Below, in pieces: positions 36,066 to 46,687 of a stretch of DNA of 64,000 nucleotides. This DNA comes from Gemmatimonadales bacterium (GTDB lineage Bacteria > Gemmatimonadota > Gemmatimonadetes > Gemmatimonadales > GWC2-71-9), in contig DASSYA010000026.1 in the NCBI GenBank assembly GCA_035703525.1, positions 9,866 to 73,865 of the forward strand. The letters are read 5' to 3'. Both the position numbers and the translations under genes were made by a program. The stretch's first letter is position 1, and every line of letters begins with the position of its first letter. The notes below the pieces were generated by a model, which did not search any database, was not told where the DNA came from, and saw only the letters and a program-made list of their open reading frames with translations.

Positions 36066-37556
36066 ATGATCCATGCCCGCTCGTTTCGCCGCCTCGTCCC
36101 CGCCCTGACCGTCCTGTTCGTCATCTCGCCGCTTTCCGGGCAATCGCTGGGCGCTCGCCTGAATGCCCGTCTGGACGGCCCGGGCCTCGACCGTCATCTC
36201 TGGGGTGTCGCCGTCACCGATCTGGACGGCAACCTCCTGTTCGGGCGGAACGCGGACCGGCTCTTCGTCCCGGCCAGCAACACCAAGCTCGTCGTCACGG
36301 CTACCGCGGCGGCGCTCCTCGGTCCGGATTTCACGGTCAATACCTCGATCTACGGCACCGGCCCGGTCGAAGGCGGTGAACTTCGGGGTGATCTGGTCCT
36401 GTACGGCCGGGGCGATCCGACCTTCAGCCTCCGCTGCTACAACACCGACGACCAGTCCCCGGGGGCCTGCGACGCCGATCCCTCCGCGAAGCTTCGCGAC
36501 CTCGCCCGCCAATTGCGCGAACGCGGCGTCCGCCGGATCGCTGGCGACCTGGTCGGCGACGGCTCCTACTTCGACGCCGAAACGATTCATCCCGGCTGGG
36601 AGCAGTACGACCTCAATTGGTGGTACGCCGCTCCCGTGTCGGGACTCGGTTTCAATGACAACGCGATCGACATCACCATCGATCGCGCCGACTCGGTCGG
36701 GCGGCAGCCGGGCATCGGGATCTTTCCCGACGTCGGTTACGCCACGATCGAGAACCGCGCCGTCATCGGGGTGGAGGGCTCGCGCAAGGACTTCGACATC
36801 CTCCGCGAGCCGAACACGACCCGCTATGTCGCAACCGGGGTGGTACCGTCGGGTGCCGCGAGGCAGACCGAGCATGCAGCCGTGGGTGATCCCAATCTCT
36901 TTGCCGCCGACGCACTCCGCGACGCCCTGCGCGATGAAGGGATCGTGGTCCTCGGCCGGGTGCAGTCGACCGTGGATCCGTTCGATTTCGCACTCGCCCG
37001 CGGGACGCCTGCCCTCGCGGAGGTCACGTCGCGACCGCTGCGTGACTGGCTGTTCCCGATCCTCAACACGTCGCAGAACTGGTTCGCCGAAATGCTGCTC
37101 AAGCAACTCGGCCGGCAACGTGGCGGTGGCGGCTCCTGGCATGACGGGCTCGAGGTGGAACGTCGCTTCCTGATCGACAGTGTCGGGATCGACAGCACTG
37201 CCTTTGCGCTCGTCGATGGCTCCGGTCTCGCCTCGAACAACCTGATTGCCCCCCGGGCGTTCACGCAGTTGCTCGCCTTCATGCGTCGGCATCCGAATTA
37301 CGAGGCCTTCGCCGCAGGCCTGCCACGGAGCGGTGAATCGGGGTCGCTCCGGCGGCGGTTCGTCGGCACACCCCTCGAGGGTCGTGTCGTGGCCAAGACG
37401 GGCACGATCTCCCGGGTGAACACCCTCAGTGGCTATGTCGAACGCGCGGATGGCCGGGTCCTCGTCTTCTCGGTGCAGGCGAATCACCATACCCTGAGCT
37501 CGAGTCGGATGATCGACGCCATCGATGCGGTGGTCGGGGAGCTGGCATCCCCCTGA
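36066..37556 (+). CDS. dacB: D-alanyl-D-alanine carboxypeptidase/endopeptidase (PBP4, peptidase S13)
   Basis: FVPASNTKL (SxxK), SQNWFAE and KTGT motifs. Confidence 0.85.
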   Translation: MIHARSFRRLVPALTVLFVISPLSGQSLGARLNARLDGPGLDRHLWGVAVTDLDGNLLFGRNADRLFVPASNTKLVVTATAAALLGPDFTVNTSIYGTGPVEGGELRGDLVLYGRGDPTFSLRCYNTDDQSPGACDADPSAKLRDLARQLRERGVRRIAGDLVGDGSYFDAETIHPGWEQYDLNWWYAAPVSGLGFNDNAIDITIDRADSVGRQPGIGIFPDVGYATIENRAVIGVEGSRKDFDILREPNTTRYVATGVVPSGAARQTEHAAVGDPNLFAADALRDALRDEGIVVLGRVQSTVDPFDFALARGTPALAEVTSRPLRDWLFPILNTSQNWFAEMLLKQLGRQRGGGGSWHDGLEVERRFLIDSVGIDSTAFALVDGSGLASNNLIAPRAFTQLLAFMRRHPNYEAFAAGLPRSGESGSLRRRFVGTPLEGRVVAKTGTISRVNTLSGYVERADGRVLVFSVQANHHTLSSSRMIDAIDAVVGELASP

Positions 37557-37587
37557 GTCGGACCGTGTCGGACTACCTTTCGGGCCT

Positions 37588-38967
37588 ATGATGACCACCG
37601 ACCTGCCCCTGCACGTCGCCATCGTCGGCGCCGGGCCGTCCGGATTCTACGCGGCCGAGGCATTGCTCAAGGCACTGCCCGAGACCCGCATCGACCTGAT
37701 CGACCGCCTCCCTACCCCGTACGGGCTCGTCCGGGGCGGGGTGGCGCCAGATCACCCGAAGATCAAGTCGGTCACCAAGGTCTTCGATCGCATCGCCGCC
37801 CACCCGACCGTGCGCTACCTCGGCAATGTGGAGGTGGGACGTGACACCACGCCCGGCGAATTGTGCGCCCACTATGACGCGGTGATCTACGCGGTCGGCG
37901 CGCGCACCGACCGTCGCCTCAACATTCCCGGCGAGGACCTCCCCGGCAGTCATGCCGCCACCGAGCTGGTCGGCTGGTACAACGGACATCCGGATTATCG
38001 TGGCGCGAAGTTCGACCTCGGGCAGACGAGCGCAGCGGTCATCGGGCTTGGCAACGTCGCGATGGACGTGACGCGAATCCTGTCGCGCCGACCGGACGAA
38101 CTCACCACGACCGACATCGCCGAGCATGCAGCACGCGCGCTCGCCGCCTCGAAGGTGCACACGGTGCACGTGATCGGCCGACGGGGTCCGGTGCAGGCCA
38201 CCTTCACGACGCCCGAGCTCCGGGAGCTCGGGGAGCTGCCGGGGGTGGATGTTGTGGTCGACCCGACCGATCTCGAGCTCGATCCTGTCAGCCTGGTCCG
38301 GCTCGAGAGTGGCGAGGACCGCACGCTCCAGAAAAACTTCGACGTGCTCCGCGGCTGGGCGATGCGCGAGCCGACCGGCGCACCGCGCCGCATCGTCTTC
38401 CACTTCAACGCATCGCCCGTCGCGCTCCTCGGACCCGACCGCGTCTCCGGTATCACCCTGGTGCGGAACCATCTCGTCGCGGATCGTCGCGGCGACGTCC
38501 GGGCCGAACCCACGGGAGAGATGGTCGAGATTCCGGTCGGCCTGGTCTTTCGGTCGGTCGGGTACCGCGGCACAGCGATTCCGGGCCTCCCCTTCGATCC
38601 CAAGCGCGGGGTCGTGCCGAACCAGCATGGCAAGATCGTCGAGCATGAGGGCAGCAGTACCATGGTCCCCGGGCTCTATACCTGTGGCTGGATCAAGCGT
38701 GGGCCCTCGGGCGTGATCGGCACCAACAAGTCCTGCGCGGCGGAAACCGTCGAAGGCCTCCTCGCGGACGCCATGGCCGGCCGCATCCCGCTCGCACCCC
38801 ACCGCGAGGCGGACCTGCTGTCGCAACTGCGGCAACGCGACGTGGCGGTGACGGAATGGACCGACTGGCAGCGGCTCGACGCCCTCGAGATCGAACGTGG
38901 CGCTGCACGTGGCAAGCCGCGCGAGAAGTTCACCGCCATCCACGAGATGCTCGGCGCGATTCGGTGA
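37588..38967 (+). CDS. Ferredoxin-NADP+ reductase (FprA / adrenodoxin reductase-like)
   Basis: VAIVGAGPSGFYAA...GLVRGGVAPDHPK...VIGLGNVAMD...GWIKRGP.G.IGTN. Confidence 0.8.
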   Translation: MMTTDLPLHVAIVGAGPSGFYAAEALLKALPETRIDLIDRLPTPYGLVRGGVAPDHPKIKSVTKVFDRIAAHPTVRYLGNVEVGRDTTPGELCAHYDAVIYAVGARTDRRLNIPGEDLPGSHAATELVGWYNGHPDYRGAKFDLGQTSAAVIGLGNVAMDVTRILSRRPDELTTTDIAEHAARALAASKVHTVHVIGRRGPVQATFTTPELRELGELPGVDVVVDPTDLELDPVSLVRLESGEDRTLQKNFDVLRGWAMREPTGAPRRIVFHFNASPVALLGPDRVSGITLVRNHLVADRRGDVRAEPTGEMVEIPVGLVFRSVGYRGTAIPGLPFDPKRGVVPNQHGKIVEHEGSSTMVPGLYTCGWIKRGPSGVIGTNKSCAAETVEGLLADAMAGRIPLAPHREADLLSQLRQRDVAVTEWTDWQRLDALEIERGAARGKPREKFTAIHEMLGAIR

Positions 38968-39004
38968 CCTCCCCCGCCCCGGGTCGGCGGGCCTATCTTG
39001 GATC

Positions 39005-39556
39005 ATGGCAACGAAGATCTACACCCGCACCGGTGACGCCGGCGACACCGCCCTGTTCGGCGGCGGTCGTGTGCCCAAGAACCATCCCCGCGTGCGAGCG
39101 TATGGCGATGTCGACGAGCTCAACTCATCACTCGGGGTGGTCCGGGCCACGTCGCCGACCGATTTCCTCGATCCGTTGTTCGAGCAGATCCAGCGCGACC
39201 TCTTCGCCATCGGCGGCCACCTCGCGACGCCGCATCCGGATAAGGTGCGCGCCGCACTCGAGCGTGCCGAACTCTCCGCGGATCGCATCGTCGCCTTCGA
39301 GCGGGTGATTGACGAATCGACCGACGAACTGGAACCGCTCCGGAAGTTCATCCTGCCGGGGGGATCGCCCAAGGCCGCGGCCCTCCACATGTCGCGAACC
39401 ATCTGTCGACGCGCCGAGCGACACGTCGTGGCACTCGCCGCGACCGACGAGGTGCCCGACCTCTTCCTGACCTATCTCAATCGGCTCTCGGATCTGCTCT
39501 TCACCCTGGCCCGGCTCGCGAACCATCGGGCCGGCATGGGCGACGTGACATGGTGA
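39005..39556 (+). CDS. ATP:cob(I)alamin adenosyltransferase, PduO type
   Basis: MATKIYTRTGDAGDTALFGG...YGDVDELNS.LG...LPGG. Confidence 0.85.
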   Translation: MATKIYTRTGDAGDTALFGGGRVPKNHPRVRAYGDVDELNSSLGVVRATSPTDFLDPLFEQIQRDLFAIGGHLATPHPDKVRAALERAELSADRIVAFERVIDESTDELEPLRKFILPGGSPKAAALHMSRTICRRAERHVVALAATDEVPDLFLTYLNRLSDLLFTLARLANHRAGMGDVTW

Positions 39557-40617
39557 CCGAGTGGCTGGTCCACCATGCTGGCGGTGAATATCCCCTGATT
39601 GTCTCGCCCGGCGCGCACAGCGACCTCGGGGCACCGATCGCTGTCAACGCACCGGGGCGTCGCCTCGTCGTGATCGCCGACGAGACCGTGGCGGGGCACT
39701 ATCCCGATGTCCTCCCCGGTGCACTCCACCTCACCTTCCCGGCGGGCGAGGCGCACAAGACCCGCGAGACCTGGGGCACGCTCACCGATGCCCTGCTCGC
39801 AGCCGGTGTCGACCGCCACGCCGTGATCGTGGGCTTTGGGGGAGGCGTGACAACCGACCTCGCCGGCTTCGTCGCGGCCACCTATCTCCGGGGGATTCCC
39901 TGGATCGCGGTCCCGACCACCACGCTCGCCATGTGCGACGCAGCGATTGGTGGCAAGACCGGGGTCGACACCTCGCTCGGCAAGAACCTCGTCGGAGCGT
40001 TCCACCAGCCGAATGCCGTGATCATCGACCCATTGCTCCTCGGCACGCTCCCGGACAACCACTACTTCGGCGGACTCGCCGAGGCGGTGAAGCACGCAGC
40101 GATCATGGACCGTGAGCAGTGGGACTGGCTGGAGGCGCACGCCACGGCGATCCGCGAGCGGGAGCTGCAAGGCCTGCAGGAGCTGCTGATGCATTCGAGT
40201 GCCCTCAAGGCAACCGTCGTCAGCGGCGATGAACGCGAGCAGGGTCGCCGAGCGATCCTGAATGCCGGTCATACCATCGCGCACGCGCTCGAGCAGGCCA
40301 GTCACTACGCCATCCCGCACGGCGAGGCGGTGAGCATCGGGCTCGTCGCCGAGGCACGGATCGGCGAATCACTCGGCGTCACGCGGCCGGGGACGGCCGA
40401 CCAACTCGCCCACCTCCTGACGGCCTTCTCGCTGCCGATACTGATACCCGCGGGGATCGATCGCTCGGCGGTCGTGGCCGCAACGGCGCAGGACAAGAAG
40501 CGCGAGGACGGCACGGTCCGGATGGCACTTCTGGCCGAGATCGGCCGAGTCCATGGCTCCGACGACACGGGGTGGACCACCGCCGTCCCGCCAGAGGCGA
40601 TCCGACAGGTCGCCTGA
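39550..40617 (+). CDS. aroB: 3-dehydroquinate synthase
   Basis: GGGV..DLAGF.AATY.RG....VPTT.LA..D...GGKT...N.GHT..HA.E. Confidence 0.9.
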   Translation: MVTEWLVHHAGGEYPLIVSPGAHSDLGAPIAVNAPGRRLVVIADETVAGHYPDVLPGALHLTFPAGEAHKTRETWGTLTDALLAAGVDRHAVIVGFGGGVTTDLAGFVAATYLRGIPWIAVPTTTLAMCDAAIGGKTGVDTSLGKNLVGAFHQPNAVIIDPLLLGTLPDNHYFGGLAEAVKHAAIMDREQWDWLEAHATAIRERELQGLQELLMHSSALKATVVSGDEREQGRRAILNAGHTIAHALEQASHYAIPHGEAVSIGLVAEARIGESLGVTRPGTADQLAHLLTAFSLPILIPAGIDRSAVVAATAQDKKREDGTVRMALLAEIGRVHGSDDTGWTTAVPPEAIRQVA

Positions 40618-40868
40618 CGCCGCATTCTCCACAGCAATCCACAACCCAGGGGCTCGCAACTCGGTGCCATGGCATGGAGTTGCCCAGTTCATGCACGTCG
40701 TGTGGACAATCCCGATGTGCATGATGTGCCGAAACAGGCCAATCGATTACGGCGCAAGTCTTTGCAATGTAGAGAGTTAGCGGCTCTTGACACGCTCCCT
40801 GAACGCATCATCTTGCGTGCATCTGCAGCACGTCACTGACCCACACAATTCACGCAGTCGAGGGATCC

Positions 40869-41768
40869 ATGCCTCGTCGTCGGACCCGTCCAGCCACGGC
40901 CGTAGGCCTGCCGATGGCAGCCGCCGCTGCCGAGTCGTTCGAGCAGTACCTTCGCGATATTCGCGACCTGCCGATGATCGCCGATCGCGAGGAGGAGCGC
41001 GAAGTGGCCCGCCGAGCACGGGCGGGCGATCAGATCGCGATCGAGCGTCTCGTGACCGCCAACCTCCGATTTGTCATCGCGTTCGTGAAACGCTACCAGG
41101 GGCACGGTCTCGAGCTCGGGGACCTGGTCGCGATCGGCAATGAGGGATTGCTGCGGGCGGTCCGGAAATTCGATCCGGATCGCGGGGTCAAGTTCATATC
41201 CTACGCCGTCTGGTGGGTCCGGCAGGCGGTGCTCAAGGCGCTGGCCGAGCAGACGCGGTCAGTCCGATTTCCACTCAACAAGAACACGTCCGTGGTCCGG
41301 TTCGCGAAGGCCCAGAACCTCCTCGCCCAGGAGCTCGGCCGGACACCGACCGACCAGGAACTCGCCACGGCCTTGCAGCAGAGTGTCGAGGACGTCCGCG
41401 CCGCCAAGCGGTTGTTCGTCACCGAGGTGTCGCTCGATGCACCGGTCGAGCATGGCGATCGCCGCGCCGCCACGCTGGGAGAGCGCCTCCCCCTCGGCGA
41501 ACTGCACGATATCGAGGCGCGGACGGACGACACATTGCGGAAGGATTTCCTCGATCGATTGTTCCGCCAGTACCTCACTCCACGAGAGCGCCGGATCCTC
41601 TCCCTCTACTATGGCCTCGATCCCGACGAGGAGACGCACACGCTCGAGCAGATCGGCACTGCCCTCGGAGTGACGCGGGAGCGGATCCGTCAGTTGCGCG
41701 AGCGCGCCTTCAACAAGTTGCGTGAATGCCCCGAGGTCCAGCACCTGGGAGAATTCCGCGCGGCCTGA
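40869..41768 (+). CDS. RNA polymerase sigma-70 family factor (RpoD/RpoS-like, regions 1.2-4; no long region 1.1)
   Basis: YLRDIR..P...EEE...A...G...A...L...NLRFVI..VKRY...GL...DLV..GN.GL..AV.KFD...G.KF.SYA.WW.RQA and C-terminal TLEQIG..LGVTRERIRQL. Preceded by a 250-nt lower-GC intergenic region. Confidence 0.85.
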   Translation: MPRRRTRPATAVGLPMAAAAAESFEQYLRDIRDLPMIADREEEREVARRARAGDQIAIERLVTANLRFVIAFVKRYQGHGLELGDLVAIGNEGLLRAVRKFDPDRGVKFISYAVWWVRQAVLKALAEQTRSVRFPLNKNTSVVRFAKAQNLLAQELGRTPTDQELATALQQSVEDVRAAKRLFVTEVSLDAPVEHGDRRAATLGERLPLGELHDIEARTDDTLRKDFLDRLFRQYLTPRERRILSLYYGLDPDEETHTLEQIGTALGVTRERIRQLRERAFNKLRECPEVQHLGEFRAA

Positions 41769-41797
41769 ACGATCCCGACGGGGTGGTATCATTCGGC

Positions 41798-42703
41798 ATG
41801 AATGGCATCGAACCCGACTGGACCAGTACCCCGACAGCACTCGCGGCCATCACCGCCACCCCCGGCGCCATCCCGACCACCGACACCGTGCTCCGTGTCA
41901 CCGGTCCGGGTGCCGTGGCCTGCGTGCAGGGCATCCTCACCAACGATATCGAGAAGCTCACGCTCCCCGGCCTGGTGCACGGGGCGGTGCTCACCCCCAA
42001 GGGGATGATCATCACCACGCTCTGGTGCGGTCGCGATGCGGACGGGATCACCCTCATCGTCCCCGCCGAGGGACGCGAAGCACTCGTGACGCTGCTGGCG
42101 CGCAGTTTCCCGCCCCGGCTCGCCAAGGTCAGCGCGGCGCCGACCGGCACGACCGTCTGGTGGCTGGTGGGGGGCGGCACGTCCCCGGACGGCGGCACGA
42201 TGCTGGTGCCCAGCGGCCTGGCGCCCTTCGAGGCCCTCTGGATCGGCGAGTCTGGCCGGACTCCGGGCGGCGGACATCCCGCGCGACCCGTGTGGCACGC
42301 CGAGGCACTCCGCATGCTGGGCGGCTGGCCCCGGGTCGGCCGCGAGATCGATGACAAGACCCTGCCCCAGGAAGTGCGGTTCGACGAACTCGCGAGTGTC
42401 GCCTATGACAAGGGATGCTACGTCGGGCAGGAGACGGTGGCGCGCCTCCACTTCCGCGGTCATGCCAACCGCACCCTGCGGGCGGTGGTCGGTCGGGGTG
42501 CCATCCCCGCCGCGGATGCGGTCGAAGACGGGGGGGGGAAGGTCGTTGCGCAACTCGCGTCGCGGGCCGTGATCGGGGACCACTGGTTGGCGCTCGCCCG
42601 GGTCCGTCGTGAAGTCGCGAGTGGTGACATCGTGCATGTGGGTGGGCGGGAGGCCACCATCCGCGACCTGCCACTCACCGGCGCCATGATTGCGGGATGG
42701 TGA
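41798..42703 (+). CDS. ygfZ: YgfZ/GcvT-like folate-binding protein
   Basis: ACVQGILTNDI...KGCYVGQETVARLHFRGH. ATG at 41798 lies after the sigma-factor stop. Confidence 0.75.
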   Translation: MNGIEPDWTSTPTALAAITATPGAIPTTDTVLRVTGPGAVACVQGILTNDIEKLTLPGLVHGAVLTPKGMIITTLWCGRDADGITLIVPAEGREALVTLLARSFPPRLAKVSAAPTGTTVWWLVGGGTSPDGGTMLVPSGLAPFEALWIGESGRTPGGGHPARPVWHAEALRMLGGWPRVGREIDDKTLPQEVRFDELASVAYDKGCYVGQETVARLHFRGHANRTLRAVVGRGAIPAADAVEDGGGKVVAQLASRAVIGDHWLALARVRREVASGDIVHVGGREATIRDLPLTGAMIAGW

Positions 42704-42710
42704 ATGCACA

Positions 42711-42741
42711 GACGCCCCGTTCACCAGGTGAACGGGGCGTC
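42711..42741. terminator. Bidirectional intrinsic terminator hairpin (perfect 14-bp stem)
   Basis: GACGCCCCGTTCAC-cag-GTGAACGGGGCGTC, between convergent ygfZ and the lipoprotein gene. Confidence 0.8.
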
Positions 42742-42765
42742 GTGGTGCATCGGAACTCCGACCGA

Positions 42766-42981
42766 TTACATCGCGTGCGACGTATCGACCTTCGTCATCT
42801 TGCCCGCGCTGTCGACGATCGCACCGGCGCTGTCGACCATCTTGCCCGCGCTGTCGACCATCTGGCTCGGGGTCATCTCCGTCGCAGGCGGTGCAACGCT
42901 GTCAACAACATCCGCTTCCGGTGCCTTCTCTGCACATGCCGCCACGGCCAGCACGGCCGCCGCCATCAGGAACTTCCGCAT
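42766..42981 (-). CDS. Small lipoprotein with three heptapeptide repeats (VDSAGKM)
   Basis: MRKFLMAAAVLAVAAC (lipobox), a GGAGAGG RBS, and ...QMVDSAGKMVDSAGAIVDSAGKMTK, matching 21-nt DNA repeats at about 42795-42860. Confidence 0.6.
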   Translation of the reverse strand: MRKFLMAAAVLAVAACAEKAPEADVVDSVAPPATEMTPSQMVDSAGKMVDSAGAIVDSAGKMTKVDTSHAM

Positions 42982-43205
42982 CGCCTCTCCCTTGGTATTG
43001 ATTGACTGTGGTGACCGTGGCACATGCCGCAGGTCGGCCAGTTTCGCCCGATGCACCGACCACCAAGTTAGGGCATGTCGGATACCTGTCAAGCGTGTAA
43101 CATCTTCCTGAGGAAGAACTTCCGCATCCGCGGGGCGAAGAGACCCCGAAACCCGGAGCAACGCCACACGGTTCGGTTCGCAACGATCCGTCACCTGGAG
43201 CGCCA

Positions 43206-44645
43206 ATGCCTGATCGACCCACCACCCTCGGTGCACTCCGCTCGTCCGTCTGGGCCGAGCCTCATCTCCTGGGCCGATCGGTTCGCGATGAGCTCCGAAG
43301 CAACCTCCTCGAGCGGCTCCGGTCGGGACAGCCGCTCTTCCCGGGCATCGTCGGCTACGATGATTCGGTCCTGCCCGAGATCGTCAACGCCATCCTTGCC
43401 CGCCACGACTTCATCCTGTTGGGCACCCGCGGGCAGGCCAAGTCCCGGATCCTCAGGGCCCTCACCGGCTTCCTCGACGAGGTGATCCCGGTGGTGGCGG
43501 GGAGCGAGGTCCGGGACGACCCGTTCCACCCGATCTCCCGGGCGGCCCGCGACCTGGTGGCCCGGGCCGGTGACGAGACCCCGATCGGGTGGCTCCACCG
43601 GGAGGAGCGCTTCGTGGAGAAGCTGGCGACGCCCGACACCACCATCGCCGACATCATCGGCGACGTCGACCCGATCAAGGCGGCGAGGGGAGGGCACACC
43701 CTCGGTGACGAGCTCACCATGCACTACGGCCTGCTGCCGCGGGCCAACCGCGGCATCTTCGCGATCAACGAGTTGCCGGACCTCGCCGGCAAGATCCAGG
43801 TCGGGTTGTTCAATGTCCTCGAGGAGGGGGATGTCCAGATCAAGGGGTATCCGCTCCGGCTTCCGCTCGACGTCCTGATGGTCTTCACGGCCAACCCGGA
43901 GGACTACACGGCCCGCGGCAAGATCATCACGCCGCTCAAGGACCGGATCGGCTCCGAGATCCGGACCCATGCGCCGGTCGCCGTGGAGGATGGCATGGCG
44001 ATCACGGCACAGGAGGCGTGGCTCGTGCGCGATGCGACCGACATCGTGGTCCCGGACTTCCTGGGCGAACTGATCGAGCGGATCGCCTTCGAGGCGCGGC
44101 GGGATAAGCGGGTCGACCAGCGGGCTGGCGTGAGTCAGCGGCTCCCGATCACGCTCACCGAACTCGCGGTGAGCAACGCCGAGCAACGGGGCCTGCTGCG
44201 TCCCGAGTCCGGGGCATCGGTGCTCCGGATCGGCGACATCTACGCGGCGATGCCGGCCGTGACCGGCAAGCTCGAGCTGGAATACGAGGGTGAGCTGCAG
44301 GGTGCCCATGTCGTCGCCGGCGATCTCGTCCGCCGGGCGGCGCTTGGCGTGGTGAGCGACCGGATTGCGGAAGGTGATCTCGATGGCACCGTCACCTGGT
44401 TCGACGATGGGGCCGCGCTCAAGGTCGGCGACGCGGAATCGGTCGCTGCGTGTGCCGCCGCGTTCCGGACGGTCCCGGGGCTGGTCGAGGCGATCGCCAA
44501 GGGCGAGCTTGCCCTGCCCGATGTCGATGCCATGCTGGTAGCCGCCGCGGAGGTGGTGCTCGAGGCATTGGTGGCCGGTCAGCGGATCTCGCGTTCGGAG
44601 GAACGCGGCTGGCAGAAGGTGCGTCGGAAGCGGCGCGAGGAATGA
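43206..44645 (+). CDS. AAA+ ATPase of the Mg-chelatase ChlI/MoxR-like type
   Basis: [11 protein letters not shown] (Walker A-like), [11 protein letters not shown] (Walker B), [12 protein letters not shown]...ITPLKDR. Confidence 0.7.
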   Translation: MPDRPTTLGALRSSVWAEPHLLGRSVRDELRSNLLERLRSGQPLFPGIVGYDDSVLPEIVNAILARHDFILLGTRGQAKSRILRALTGFLDEVIPVVAGSEVRDDPFHPISRAARDLVARAGDETPIGWLHREERFVEKLATPDTTIADIIGDVDPIKAARGGHTLGDELTMHYGLLPRANRGIFAINELPDLAGKIQVGLFNVLEEGDVQIKGYPLRLPLDVLMVFTANPEDYTARGKIITPLKDRIGSEIRTHAPVAVEDGMAITAQEAWLVRDATDIVVPDFLGELIERIAFEARRDKRVDQRAGVSQRLPITLTELAVSNAEQRGLLRPESGASVLRIGDIYAAMPAVTGKLELEYEGELQGAHVVAGDLVRRAALGVVSDRIAEGDLDGTVTWFDDGAALKVGDAESVAACAAAFRTVPGLVEAIAKGELALPDVDAMLVAAAEVVLEALVAGQRISRSEERGWQKVRRKRREE

Positions 44646-44663
44646 CGGCGGCAGCCGTCATTC
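44640..44663. terminator. Hairpin GAATGACGGC-ggca-GCCGTCATTC overlapping the AAA+ gene stop; a second hairpin lies at 44669-44688
   Basis: Perfect 10-bp and 8-bp stems read directly, between convergent genes. Confidence 0.65.
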
Positions 44664-44705
44664 CCCAGCCGCGGCCGTCAGGCCGCGGTTGAGTTCGTCA
44701 ATCGT

Positions 44706-45323
44706 TTAGCCCCTGCTCCCCACCGCCGCCACCACCACCTCCGCACTCCGTTCCAGCCCCAGCCAACCGGTATTGAGCGTCAGGTGGTAGTTCCGCGCGT
44801 TGTCCCAGGTTCGGTTGTACCATTGCCGATGATACCGTGCCCGATTGGCGTCAACGGTCTTCAACTCCTTGAGCGCCTCGTCGACCGTGATCGAGAGCCG
44901 CTCGGCGATGATCCGGGCACGATGATCGACGGGTGCCACCAGTCGGACGTGGAGCGCATCACTCCGTCGGCCGAGCACGGCAACGGCGGCGCGGCCGACC
45001 ATCACCGCGTGGCCCTCGGCGCTGGCATCGGTCACCACCTGCTCGGTGAGCTTGACCAGCCGTGCCTCCACTGCCTCGGGGACGGCCAGCGGCTCGGGTC
45101 CCAGGAGTTCCGGAGTGGCCAGTGCGAGCGCGCGTGACAGTCGCTCGATGAACGACGGCCCGCGTTCCTCGCGTCGTGCCACGTCGGCTGGCGACATGCC
45201 TGCCAACTCCGCCACCGTCTCGACTACCTGATTGTCGACCAGTCGCCAGCGCAGCGACTCGGCCACGAGTCGAGCGACCGAAGAGCCGCCAGCGCCGTAT
45301 TCACGCGAAATCGTGACGAACAT
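44706..45323 (-). CDS. Cytidylate kinase-like family protein
   Basis: MFVTISREYGAGGSSVARLVAE.L.W...D is the family signature. Confidence 0.75.
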   Translation of the reverse strand: MFVTISREYGAGGSSVARLVAESLRWRLVDNQVVETVAELAGMSPADVARREERGPSFIERLSRALALATPELLGPEPLAVPEAVEARLVKLTEQVVTDASAEGHAVMVGRAAVAVLGRRSDALHVRLVAPVDHRARIIAERLSITVDEALKELKTVDANRARYHRQWYNRTWDNARNYHLTLNTGWLGLERSAEVVVAAVGSRG

Positions 45324-46575
45324 GCTCTCCCTCCACGGGTTCGAGGAGCCGACGACGGAGTGCCAGGGCACCGAGCAGGGCGATCACGCCGCTCACGGCG
45401 ATGGCGCGGGGGGCGCCGAAGTGTTCGGCGATGTAGCCGGCCTGGAAGGCCCCGATCGGGGCCAGACCCAGCACCACGAACGAATACACGGCCATCACCC
45501 GTCCGCGCATCTCGGGTGTCGCCTCGAGCTGGAGTGAGGTCGCGGTCGAGATCCCGGTGGTCGCCATGGCGGCGCCGGCGACGGCGAGGCAGAACATCGC
45601 GGCCGTCAGACCGGTGAGCGCCGAGAGGACGACGGTGGCGAAGGCGAGGAGCACCGCCCCGATCGAGGCCATGCGGCCCCGGCGGATCCGTCGCCCGACG
45701 CCGCCAACGATGATGGCGCCGAGTGCGGCACCAATGCCGATCGCCGAGGTCAGGGCGCCGTAACCCGAGGCCCCGGTGCCGAGCACGTCGCGGGCGTAGA
45801 CCGGCAGGATCGGGATGAACGAGATCGCGAACACCGACACCAGCACCATCTGGATCGCGAGCGCCGCGAGGGTCGGCCGCGCCGCGATGAACTGCATCCC
45901 CGAGAACACCGAGGGGCGATCGCGTCGTGGCATCACCGGACTCCGGTGTTCGATCCGCTTGAGGCCGATCAGCACTGCGATGTAGCTCACGGCATTGACC
46001 GCGAAGCAGGCGCCGGGGCCGGCGATGGCGAGGATGATGCCCGCGATGGCCGGACCGATCACGCGGGCGAGGTTGTAGATCGTCGAGTTGAACGCGGCCG
46101 CGCTGACCAGGTCCTCGGGTGGCACCAGTTCGACCAGGTACGACTGTCGGGCCGGCACCTCGAACGCGGTGGCGAGACCGAACGCGAGGGCGAGGCCCCA
46201 GATCCAGCTGATGGTCACCCCACCGCTCAGGGTCAGGTACGCCAGCACGGCCGCCTCGATCAGCATGACCGACTGGAGCGCCATGATGAAGCGTCGCTTG
46301 TCGACCCGATCGGCGACCACGCCGCCGTAGAGGGTGAAGAGCAGGATCGGCAGGGTATTGAGGGTGGTGACCAGGCCGACATCGAACGGCGAGCCGGTCA
46401 TCTCGAGCACCAGCCAGCCGAGCGCGATGGTCTGCATCCAGGTCCCGACCATGGAGATCGTCTGACCTGCGGCGAAGCGTCGGAAGTCGGGGTGGCGGAG
46501 CGCGCGGAGCGGGCCGTCGAGCGTGGCGGCGCGGAACTGTGCGGTGACGTGGTCGAGGCGAGGGTGTGGGGTCAC
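45301..46575 (-). CDS. MFS transporter (EntS/MFS_3-like)
   Basis: 424 aa, about 12 TM segments. FRRFAAGQTISMVGTWMQ..A.GWLV. GTG start. Confidence 0.85.
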   Translation of the reverse strand: MTPHPRLDHVTAQFRAATLDGPLRALRHPDFRRFAAGQTISMVGTWMQTIALGWLVLEMTGSPFDVGLVTTLNTLPILLFTLYGGVVADRVDKRRFIMALQSVMLIEAAVLAYLTLSGGVTISWIWGLALAFGLATAFEVPARQSYLVELVPPEDLVSAAAFNSTIYNLARVIGPAIAGIILAIAGPGACFAVNAVSYIAVLIGLKRIEHRSPVMPRRDRPSVFSGMQFIAARPTLAALAIQMVLVSVFAISFIPILPVYARDVLGTGASGYGALTSAIGIGAALGAIIVGGVGRRIRRGRMASIGAVLLAFATVVLSALTGLTAAMFCLAVAGAAMATTGISTATSLQLEATPEMRGRVMAVYSFVVLGLAPIGAFQAGYIAEHFGAPRAIAVSGVIALLGALALRRRLLEPVEGEHVRHDFA

Positions 46576-46588
46576 GAAGGGAATTTAG

Positions 46589-46687
46589 CTCGCCGCTCCC
46601 GTCTCGCCTCTCGCCTCTCGCTTCTCGCTTCTCGCCTCTCGCTTCTCGCCTCTCGCTTCTCGGCTTCTCACTTCTCACGTCTCACGT
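46589..46687. repeat. Heptanucleotide array B: about 14 x CTCGCYT/CTCACKT (reverse orientation of array A on the + strand)
   Basis: Direct reading. Fills most of the 124-nt divergent intergenic region between the MFS (-) and VWA (+) genes. Confidence 0.95.

Noticed and set aside
40618-40868. The 250-nt lower-GC region upstream of the sigma factor gene as an ncRNA or riboswitch.
   Set aside because: It contains short palindromes (ATGCAC...GTGCAT, CGTGC...GCACG) and a TTGACA. I could find no terminator, no conserved multi-helix structure and no second copy. It is most simply a promoter/operator region.
43020-43045. Sigma-54 promoter candidates (TGGCAC...) at about 43021, 15554, 25460, 55933 and 61146.
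   Set aside because: None has the GC dinucleotide at the correct -12 spacing (TGGCAC-N5-TTGC). Most are inside coding regions.
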